Origin: Octopus vulgaris
Taxonomy: Eukaryota
Assembly (NCBI GenBank): GCA_951406725.2
Contig: OX597821.1
Location: 23,498,001-23,562,000, forward strand
DNA length: 64,000 nucleotides
Direction of reading: 5' to 3'
Below the pieces are notes generated by a model. That model saw only the letters and a list, made by a program, of their open reading frames with translations, was not told the DNA's origin and made no database searches. This document shows, in pieces, positions 53,029-64,000 of the stretch; position 1 is the stretch's first letter; the number at the start of each line of letters is the position of its first letter. The position numbers and the translations under genes were made by a program.

Positions 53029-53130
53029 ATACATACACGTGTGGATGCATGGACAGCTGCATCATACATTCATGCACACAGAGACAAGCCTATATACTCG
53101 CACACACACACACACACACACAAAAATATT

Positions 53131-53176
<46 letters not shown>

Positions 53177-53202
53177 GTATCGGTAAATATTTTGGACAAA
53201 AC

Positions 53203-53732
<530 letters not shown>

Positions 53733-53809
53733 TTTTTCCTTATAAATGTCCTGAAAACTTCCCACAGCCTTGGCTTTGTTATCTCATTTTGTAAAATCAT
53801 ACTAGTAAA

Positions 53810-54690
53810 ATCTATTTGCCAACATAAATTGGCAGTCCTGATTAGGACGATGTTACTACCCTTTTTAGCCCCAGGAAAACATCTTTTCCAGCTGGCTACC
53901 AACGCACAACTGCATCCCCCGACAAGGGAGTTAATGTTCCCACTCACCTTAAACGGTACCTTGTTTCTGGGTTATTTCTTTTCGTCGTCGCAGGATAACT
54001 GTTGGCTAGAGATGGCAGCACTAGGCCCTTCTCCAGTTATATACTTTTAAAATGACACACAGTCACTCATCTCATTAAGAGGAAAACAATTAGTCTTCAA
54101 TCTCCGAGCGAGAAGTAAGTAGTAACGGTACTGCAGAGTAAAAGGCGGCGAGCTGGCTGAAACGTTAGCACGCCGGGCGAAATGCTTAGCGGTATTTCGT
54201 CTGCGTTACGTTGTGAGTTCAAATTCCGCCGAGGTCGACTTTGCCTTTCATCCTTTCGGGGTCGATAAATTAAGTACCAGTTACGCACTGGGGTCGATGT
54301 AATCAACTTAATACCTATGTCTGTCCTTTTTGTCCCCTCTGTGTTTAGCCCCTTGTGGGTAATAAAGAAATATGTACTAAAGAGTAAAGTCTATTTGCCT
54401 TCGTAAAATAGCAGTCCTGATTAAGACGATGTTACTACCTTTTTTTAGCCCCAGGAAAACATCTTTTTCAGCTGGCTACCGACTACTAGGAACATACCCA
54501 ATGCTTAAATAATTATATACATACAATTTAAATTATATCATCGGCGAGTTAACTTGGAATTCCCTAACGACAACGTAGCCTTCATATAATTAAGGTATCT
54601 TCAGCCTGACTAGTAGCTGGCTGAGTACCCCTCTTTGAGTAATTATTATATCTGACGATCTGCTAGCTAGGAAACATATGTAGCCAGAAC
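53810..54690. mobile_element. Tandem pair of the 38-kb retrozyme-like unit (333-bp period after removing SINE B at 54143-54388)
   Basis: GATGTTACT..TAGCCCCAGGAAAACATC..CTGGCTA at 53849 and 54428; hammerhead remnants downstream. Confidence 0.65.
54143..54373 (+). mobile_element. SINE family B, tail 1
   Basis: TSD GTACTGCAGAGTAAA / GTACTAAAGAGTAAA. Confidence 0.92.
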
Positions 54691-55019
54691 TTTACCTGTT
54701 CCACTCCCTCAATTTGGATTTCTATTCGCATTCATAGTGACTCAAGTTGCTAACTGTGGATTATGTAATTTTGTTTTCAGTTTACCGAACTTCGATATGA
54801 GAAAAGCCCACAACCCTCGCACATAACTTATTTTTGTTCCTGAACCTTGTTTGTTTATATCTATTACGGACTGCTCAAAGCTTACAAACTTCCCACACTT
54901 AGATCCTTGGATCTTATAATTACATATCGATGTGTGTGTGTGTGTGTGAATGTATGTGTATGTATGTGTGTTATATGTACATATATGTATGTATGTGTGT
55001 ATATATATATGTATGTATA

Positions 55020-55073
<54 letters not shown>

Positions 55074-55188
55074 CATATATATATATAGTTGAAATTTATA
55101 GAAAAACAAAAGACGAAGACAGGTGTATGAACAACAAGCCGGTGTATTAGTTTGACGGTCGGAAAAATGAAAATATCTAACTATCTAT

Positions 55189-55265
<77 letters not shown>

Positions 55266-55497
55266 GTGTGTGTGTGTGTAAATTCATCCAATTTGCTCGC
55301 GTTTTCATTTATTCATAAATGCCATGACGAAAAGTCTACGAGTGTTCATGATATAATCCGAATTATTTAATCAATGTTAGATAATCAGTGCTCATATTCC
55401 TGTTTCCAGCTTGTTAACTGGTTTGTTGCTTATATATTGTTGAACCAGCTGTAACCGAGGAATAAATATGATATCAGTTCATCCGTTCTAGCTTGCA

Positions 55498-55535
<38 letters not shown>

Positions 55536-55787
55536 ACATACCAGAGTAAGCACATAAATGTGAAACAAGGTGCAATATATATATCATATAAATAATATAT
55601 AAATATATGCATACATACATACATATATGTACATACCTACATCTATATGTATATATACACGCATATATGGGTACAGGACATTAAAAAAACGACATAATTA
55701 TAACAAGGGCTTTTATAATTATGTATATAATTATAAAATATTTATATTAATTTACCTACGAGGTTTTATTTCCGTGCTGACAACTTG

Positions 55788-55826
<39 letters not shown>

Positions 55827-56171
55827 AATAAATAAAATATATGCATACATACATCCATATATGTACGTACCTACATCTACATGTATATATACATGCATAT
55901 ATATATGTGTGTGAATACAGGACACCACAAATAAACGTAGAACACAACGAGAAACGAAAGCATAACAACTAGGAAACGGACTTTTTTTTAACAACGAAAA
56001 AACAGAGTACAGGACACACAATACAAGGAATATTCCCCTTCATCAGCTGTCCCTGGATCGACTCAATGCGTGTTTTAAAGGTAAGGACAGAACACGACCC
56101 GTCGATCCAATACTTCCTGCGAAAGAATTAAAATAAAATTCCTTTGCAGAGGGGTAAAAAAAAAAAGTAAG

Positions 56172-56225
<54 letters not shown>

Positions 56226-56479
56226 AATAAGAAAATGGAGGAACAAATTCATTTCAATCATCAACTTACAGATATTACCATTTCATATTATTTATTAACT
56301 AGGAACATCCAAATCGAACAAAACAATATACATCAATATGCAAGATAACAATACCAGTTTGCATTAAGGGAAAATACCCGACAATATCCCATAGAAAAAT
56401 AAAAGTATATTAGAAAATTTAAAAAAAATTGAAATCAGTTATATTATGGCTGAGAGATAACAGTTTGCTCTAAGTAACC

Positions 56480-58075
56480 GGTCTCAGCTCCCACCCCGGC
56501 CTCACTGTGTCCCTAGGAAGATCTTGATCTTCATCACCAGTTCGACGTAAAGTGCTTTTCCCAACCGCACCCACACATATTAATCCATGGGATCACAATC
56601 GGGAAATGCAGGAGGTAAGAAATTGTGGGTGGTGAAGTCTTAGAAATTCTCCAATGATTACTTCTGACACTTTCCCGAAACAGTCCTCTCCAGCTAGGAT
56701 GTCTACTGTCTACAGCTTCACATAGTCGTCAGAATTGAACCTAAGTCCCTGTTCATAGACAAGGGAACATTTTCGGTGTGCGGATGCTGTCAGAACGCCT
56801 GCAGTGTCCCTTCCTACAGGTCATGGCTTCGTAGTCTCCGTTGCTGTTGTCCATGGCGTGGCTTACAGACTTTACAGTAGTCATGATATCGGCATTTTGA
56901 TACTCTGCGTGAACCATTATGGTATATCCCGAAGGCGGCGAGCTGGCAGAAATGTTAGCGCGCCGGGCGAAATGCTTAGCGGTTTTTCTTCTGCCGCTAC
57001 GTTCTGAGTTCAAATTCCGCCGAGGTCGACTTTGCCCTTCATCCTTTCGGGGTCGATTAAATAAGTACCAGTTGCACATTGGAGTCGATATAATCGACTT
57101 AATCCGTTTGTCTGTCCTTGTTTGTACTCTCTCTGCTTAGCCCCTTGTGGGTAGTAAAGAAATAGCTATTTCTTCTGCCGTTATGTTCTGAGTTCAAATT
57201 CCGCCGAGGTCGACTTTGCATTTCATCCTTTCGGGGGTCGATAAATTAAGTACCAGTTACGCACTGGAGTCGATGTAATCGACGTAATCCCTTTGTCTGT
57301 CCTTGTTTGTCCCCTCTATGCTTAGCCCCTTGTAGGCAATAAAGAAATAAGAAACATTAGCACGTCGAGCGAAATGCTTAGCGGTATTTCGTCTGCCGTT
57401 ACGTTCTGAGTTCAAATTCTGCCGAGGTTGACTTTGCATTTCATCCTTTCGGGGTCGATGAAATAAGTACCAGTTAAGCACTGGGGTCAATGTAATCAAC
57501 TTAATCTGTTTGGCTGTCCTTGTTTGTCTCCTCTATGTTTAGCACCTTGGGGGTAATAAAGAAATAGGTAATTTCGTCTGCCGCTACATTCTGAGTTCAA
57601 ATTCCGTCGAGGTCGACTTTGCCTTTCATCCTTTCGGGGTCGATTAAATAAGTACCAGTTACTCAATGGGGCCGATATAATCGACTTAATCCGTTTGTCT
57701 GTCCTTGTTTGTCCTGTCTGTGTTTAGCCCCTTGTGGGTAGCAAAGAAATAGAAATAGGTATTTCGTCTGCCTTTACGTTTTGAGTTCAAATTCCGCTGA
57801 GATCGACTTTGCCTTTCATCCTTTCGGAGTCGATAAATTAAGTGTCAGTTGCGTACTGGGGTCGATCTAATCGACTGGCCATCTCCTCAAAGATTTCGAT
57901 CCTTGTGTCTAGATTGGAGAAGATTATGATACAGCCCTCCACATCAGCCAACTTTTTCTCAGCTACAACTTTTATATTTATGTTCTCCAACGCTGTCGAC
58001 TGTTCGACAATACATGAAGTTATTCCTGCAAAAAGGAGAACTAAAAAATCGTCAAATTTAGCTCGAACTACCTGT
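56480..58075 (-). mobile_element. Decayed Tc1/mariner (maT-like) transposon interrupted by the SINE B array
   Basis: GLRFNSDDYVKL and NFLPPAFPDCDPMD*YVW (degenerate WPPNSPDLNPMDYYVW). Confidence 0.7.
56932..57922 (+). mobile_element. Head-to-tail pentamer of SINE family B
   Basis: Units start at about 56932, 57165, 57351, 57567 and 57758; the last has tail 2; degenerate TSD ATTATGGTATATCCC / ATTATGATACAGCCC. Confidence 0.9.
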
Positions 58076-58682
58076 GTGTATGTGTGTGTGTGTGTGTATC
58101 TCACTCTCTCTGTATACACACACACGTATTCACGTATTCATCTATCTACCATACGTACATACATACATACACACATACATACATTCACCTCTGATGTCTC
58201 CTGACTGTCTTTCGCACATCTATACGTGCAGATGTGGGTGTAGTGTGTGTATATGTATCTACGTGTGAATGTTTATGTGTGTGTGTGTGTGTGTGTGCAC
58301 GTATTTGTGCGCGCACAAGTAGATAACATCAATGTCCACAGATGACACCTAGACAGTTCTGGATACGAAACAGCGGGAGAAAGCCGCATTATTGCCGGAT
58401 AAACTGTCACAGTATCTCAAGTTAATCCGCAATAGACTTCTGTCCTACCACTACTGTGTTTGGGGGTCTGTATAAGTGCATGGAAACATGTGTGTGCGTG
58501 CGTGTGTGTGTGTGTGTGCGTGTGTGTGTGTGCGTGTGTGTGTGTGCGCGCGTGTGTGTGTGTGTGTGTGAGTGTGTGTGTCTACGTGTGTGCGGGCGAG
58601 TATGCGTATATGCGTGTGACGATGGATGCAGTATGTGTGTGAATGTGGCTGTGTCTTTGCTGATGTGCGCGCGCGCGAAAGC

Positions 58683-58732
<50 letters not shown>

Positions 58733-58770
58733 CAGACAGAAGAGAGAAAAGTTAGACATATACATATGTT

Positions 58771-58805
<35 letters not shown>

Positions 58806-58941
58806 GTATGTGTGTGTATGTATATATGTACATTTATTTATCTATATATACATGTATACATATATGTATATATATGAATGTGTATATATAATATATATAT
58901 ATATAAGTACAACCTCATAGTGTTGTTGTTGTTGTTCTTGG

Positions 58942-58983
<42 letters not shown>

Positions 58984-59266
58984 CGACGTCGACGACTACG
59001 ACGTCGACAAGATGATATCCGTATACGGCGCATGACTAACATTATCGATGCTAGTAGGGTGGATCCTTAATCCAGATTATCGAAGTCTGCATGCACAGGT
59101 GTATATTGAACTTAGATCTGCTAACAGCTTGCCTGCCTCCATCTTTTTAGCGCCATCCGTCCCCTTCTCTCCCATATTCCTCATCTATTCTCTCCATATA
59201 TAAGCCCCCTATTACATACAGAGATCATTATCACTCTCGCATTCTCTTTTTCTCTTTCTTTCCACC

Positions 59267-59344
<78 letters not shown>

Positions 59345-60339
59345 ATCTTCATCTTCCACACACTTATCTCTTCTGCTCTCTTTAACATCTCCTCCTGATT
59401 AGCTGCTTTCATTTTTTGTTCTGAGTTCAAATCACGAGATATCTACTATTTATTTATTTATTTATTTATTTTTAGCCAGAATCTATAAATTCCAGAATAT
59501 GGAGATTGCTGAATTATACCCCGAATACTGGGTCTTAGAATTTTCTTGTTCTACAAACCCTTTTAACAACATCTGTTGATTGTATCTCCCTTTCTTACTG
59601 GTAAGAGCACAAAACAGAATTGTTTAAACAGATGCTGCATTGATTTTGCGGAGCCTTTCCTGATTACTCATTTTTCCGAATCACTTGGGATGAGGTGGGT
59701 GGGGGAGAACCTATAAATTAAAAAAATATAAATCTTACTTAAATAGCTGCCTACGTGGTGAGAGCTTTGCTTCCCAATTACATGGTTCAGTCCCATTCCG
59801 TGGCACCTCGAGCAAATGCCTTTTACTGTGAGCGTACCTGGCAGACGGAAACTGAAAGAAGCCGTGTCGTATGTATGTATATAATGGCTGATTTAATACA
59901 CAACGAATCATCACGGTCACACACGCATGCATGCGCACGCACACGTACACACATACACATACACAAGCACGCACGGACGCATGCGAGCGCGCACACGGGT
60001 TTCTATCTTCTGTAGTTTTCAGCTACTAAACCCACCCACAATTCTTTGGTTTGCCCAGGACTAGAATGTGCCATGCGGTGGAACTGAATCCGAAACCTTA
60101 TGGTTGGGAAGCAACAAACGTAATCAGAACAAAAGAAGCGCATTTTAAGAGAAATATGGTAACGAAAAGTTACAAACTAATCTAATCTGATCTGAGTATG
60201 ATTAAGAATATGTGGTGTTTAGTTCGGAATTAATAATAAAATGTTTCCGAAATTACTGTTGCATAAGTGTTGAGTGGTGATAAAATTATCTTCAAATACT
60301 ACTCTACGTTCGTAAAGATAGATAAATATATAGATAAAG

Positions 60340-61290
60340 TAACCCCGGATATAATATGTTAGAAAAGGCGACAGGTGGACAATACTTGCCAAGCAATGTT
60401 TTTTAAATCTCACAAAAATATTTTCCCCAGCACACGAGAATGCCGCCAGAAAACGATAGAAACCACCGTAGCAGGTATCTGCTACATTTTGATATTCATC
60501 TGTTTCCTTTGCAAATAGATGTGTATAAATTGACCAACAGGATATTTCTGATCAAATGGTGACTTGAACTGAAAGATTATGACACCATTAATAAATATCT
60601 AGCAAGTCAAAAAATAGGAAACATACCCCGGATTTTCTAGTGATGATGTCTCTTCAAATCTGTTCAGTCAGATTTATTATCGAGCTCAATAACAGAAACC
60701 TAATCTGAAAACAGGGTCAGTTTGATTGGAGGACTGTATATGAGAGACTGAGTGACATATGCATCGAAGCCTGACAGCAGATACATTTTTGGTCTTGGCA
60801 GCCTTCACAGTTACAACTGTCAAAATGATGGAACATTTTCAACATAGTTAAGCCAAAACAAGTTTACAAAATTTTTAGAATAACCGAAAAAAATCACTAT
60901 ATCTCTGTAGAAATATGTTGAAATGGTTCATTCTCGACCAGATATCAATATCGGGATAATTTTTTCCAGTGTTGTCTTTAACACGGAACTCTGTCACTTA
61001 AGTCGCATCCGTTTTTGTCACGCACATCACGCAAGGTAAACGAAAATTGTGACTACAGATACTGTTGTCCAGCAAATTCATCAGCATGTTTTGAAATTTC
61101 AAGGTCAATGCAAATAAACACCATGAGACGTTTATGCTGCTCAGCAGAAATTCAGAAAAATTAGCAGTTAATATTTTCAAGTGAAAATAGTTAGTTTGTG
61201 CGATGTCATGTACGTCAGACTTCTTGGAGGATCTTCTTTAAAAATTCCAGGTAGCTATCTATTTTGTTTGATACTTGCTTGGGTACTTTT
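60340..61290 (-). mobile_element. Highly decayed Tc1/mariner-like relic
   Basis: RFEETSSLEN (cf. KFEETGSV) and LASIVHLSPFLTYYIRGY (cf. WPxRSPDLSPLDFYLWGY). Confidence 0.45.
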
Positions 61291-61633
61291 TTTGTCTAGT
61301 TTTGAGGATGTATGTATGTATGCATGTATGTATGTATGTGTGTATGTAAAAATCAGAAGGTTAAAATACATACCGCGCCTTTATGAAGCTTTTATCACTA
61401 CACCCACACACATACATATGTGTGTGGGTGTGTGTGTCTGTCTGTGTGTCTGTGTGTCTGTGTGTGTGTCAGTGTGCGTGTGTGCGCGAGCGAGCGACAG
61501 ATAAGTAGCCAGTAAAAAGCTCCATGTCAAGCTGTGTGACCCCAAAGCAATTGACCTTTAACCCTTGGACAGTAACTTGCCCTCGATATTGAAGACAACC
61601 ACATATATCCACCACCCTAACATACACACACAC

Positions 61634-61887
61634 ACACACACACACACTCACACACACAAATACATAAACATATACGAACGAGATTTTCTTTCACTTTCTA
61701 TCTATCAAATCCACTCACAAAAGCTTTAGTCAGTCCAACTGAATGGAATCTTGGACTGACTAAAGCTTTTGTGAGTGGATTTGATAGATAGAAAGCGAAA
61801 GAAAATCTCGTGCGTATATGTTTATGTATTTGTGTGTGTGAGTGTGTGTGTGTGTCCAAGATACCCATTCAGTTGGACTGAAAAAGC
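61634..61887. repeat. Fold-back inverted duplication (105-bp arms, 12-nt loop, loop region copied again inverted)
   Basis: 61634-61738 vs 61751-61855 (2 mismatches); 61854-61887 approximates the reverse complement of 61723-61756. Confidence 0.88.
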
Positions 61888-62137
61888 ATATGTATGTATG
61901 TATGTATATATGTATGCGTGCATGTAGGTATGTATGTATGTATATATGCATGCGTGCATGTGGGTATGTATGTATGTATGTATATATATATGTATGCATG
62001 CATGCATGCATGCATGTATGTATGTATGTATGTATGTATGTTTGTATGTATGTATGCATGTATGCATGTATGTATGTATGCATGCATGCATGCATGTATG
62101 TATGTATGTATGTATGTATGTATGTATGTATGTATAC

Positions 62138-62435
62138 AGCGGATTCATGAAAAACGAACCGCCACTAACTGCTCAGCCCATTTATCTGTGCATACCTGTC
62201 AATGCCGTGCGTGCCATAAGGTCTGCAAATCTAACGGACTCCTTAAAAGACATTTTAAGATCCACAAAAATCAGAACTTAACTGCAACTCTTGGTAGTCC
62301 AAAGCAGATATGCAATTTAAGTGGGTGCCTTTTCAAAACATTGTCTGGTCTAAAAAGCCACATCAGAGGCCGTGTTGGATCTAAGGTGTCAGTACAAGAG
62401 ATGAACAAACTCTGTTTAAGGAGTAGACAACCATT
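62138..62435 (+). mobile_element. RTE LINE 3' end with C2H2-like motifs
   Basis: Homologous to 11508-11640; CRACHKVCKSNGLLKRHFKIH. Confidence 0.75.
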
Positions 62436-62442
62436 ATTTATG

Positions 62443-62662
62443 TGGCGGCGAGCTGGCAGAAACGTTAGCACGCCGGGCGAAATGCGTAGCCGCATTTCGT
62501 CTGCCGTTACGTTGTGAGTTCACATTCCGCCGAGGTTGACTTTGCTTTTCATCCTTTCGAGGTCGATAAATTAAGTACCAGTTACGCACTGGGGTCGATG
62601 TAATTGACTTAATCCCTTTGTCTGTCCCCTCTTGTTTAGCCCCTTGTGGGCAATAAAGAAAT
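62443..62662 (+). mobile_element. SINE family B
   Basis: Match to family B. Confidence 0.9.
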
Positions 62663-62749
62663 ATATTTATGTGTGTATGTATGTATGTATGTAAGTATGT
62701 ATGTATTTAGGTATGTAGGTTGGTATGTCTGTCTGACTGTCAGACTATG

Positions 62750-62812
<63 letters not shown>

Positions 62813-62887
62813 GTCTATCTATCTATCTGTCTATCTATCTGTCTATCTATCGCCCACCGCTGTTGCTGAAAAATATTCAACTGTATC

Positions 62888-63340
62888 AGGACGAAAGGGT
62901 GGTTTTGTGGTAAGTAGCTTGCTTACCAACCACATAGTTCCGGGTTCAGCCCCACTGCGTGGCACTTTAGGCAAATATCTTCTACTATAGCCTCGGGCCG
63001 ACCAAAGCCTTGTAAGTGGATTTGGTAGACGGAAACTGAAAGAAGCCCGTCGTGTATATATAGAGATTTATGTATATATGTGTTTGTGTGAATATATATG
63101 TATGTATGTATGTATGTTTGTGTGTATCTATGTATATATTTGATTGTCTGTGTTTGTCCTCAAAGCATCGCTTGACAAGCGATGTTGGTGTGTTTACGTG
63201 CCCGTAACTTTGCGGTTCGGCAAAACAGACCGATTAAATAAGTACTAGGCTTACAAAGAATAAGTCCTGGGGTCGATTTGTTCGACTAAAGGCGGTGCTC
63301 CAGCGTGGCCGCAGTCAAATGACTGAAACAAATAAAAGAA
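62888..63340 (+). mobile_element. SINE family C
   Basis: Full-length match. Confidence 0.88.
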
Positions 63341-63598
63341 TAGAAGAATATCTATAATCTGGTATGGCGGTGCAGAAACAAATGTTGTTATTTACTATTA
63401 AAACTGGATATCCTCCATCCTCGTGTTATACTATTCTTGTGTCAATCTTATGCCAAGAGCAGTTCCGCATATCTCTCCAGCTCTGGAATCTACCCTACAG
63501 TTGGATAGCATGTGGTAGCCAAATAATTACAAAATAGCTCTGAAATGCACTTTTACGAGGTTTTTAACCGAATTATACAATATATATATAAATAAGCA

Positions 63599-63970
63599 CA
63601 GGCGTAGTTCTGTGGTAAGAAGCTTGCTTCCCGATCACATGGTTCAGGGTTCAGTTCCACTGCGTGGCATCTTCGAGAAGTGTCTTCTACTATACGCACT
63701 TGTCAACCAAAGCCTTGTGAGTGAATTTGGTAGACGGAAACTGAAAGAAGCCCCTGTATATGTGTGTGTCTGTTTGTCCCATCCATTATCGATTCACAAC
63801 CAATGCTGGTGTGTTTATGTTCCTGTAACTTAGCGGTTCGGCAAAAGAAACTGGTAGAATATGTACTAGGCTTACAAAGAACAAGTCCTGGGGTGTAGTT
63901 CTTCGACTAAAACCCTTTAAGGAGATGCTGCAGCATGGGCGCAGTTAAATGACTGAAACAAGTAAAAGAA
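63599..63970 (+). mobile_element. SINE family C (diverged)
   Basis: Colinear match. Confidence 0.82.
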
Positions 63971-64000
63971 TCTATCTATCTGTCTATCACTCTCTCTCTC

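Noticed and set aside
62138-62435. C2H2 zinc-finger gene exon
   Set aside because: Homologous to 11508-11640, where it follows RTE C-terminal motifs; a LINE 3' end, not a host gene

Overview
Eukaryotic, AT- and microsatellite-rich DNA with no convincing host protein-coding exon. The tRNA-derived SINE families and microsatellite load are typical of an Octopus (cephalopod) genome, probably intergenic or deep-intronic (inference). Almost all ORF-track entries are translations of (CA)n/(TA)n/(TATG)n/(TCTA)n/(GAA)n repeats or SINEs. Recognisable content: four tRNA-SINE families in dozens of copies; two decayed R4/Dong-type RLE LINEs; RTE LINE 3' fragments; Tc1/mariner relics and a mariner MITE; an internally deleted piggyBac; four non-autonomous Helitrons; and fold-back MITEs. 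The most interesting signal is a set of hammerhead-ribozyme (HHR) folds read by eye. Two different, same-strand type I HHRs at 38290-38348 and 38498-38552 (minus) would excise a 207-nt RNA. There is also a solo type I HHR at 44353-44416 (+), a type II-topology candidate at 7101-7164 (+), and several degenerate minimal HHRs. The 38-kb HHRs belong to a small Penelope-like/retrozyme-like family with a conserved hairpin+pseudoknot module (4 divergent copies). One copy was inserted as a perfect 154-bp-arm palindrome between 13-bp direct repeats. Other notable items: a local SINE 3' transduction, TSD-flanked SINE multimers and several locally templated insertions. All structures are manual predictions; none were computed or tested.
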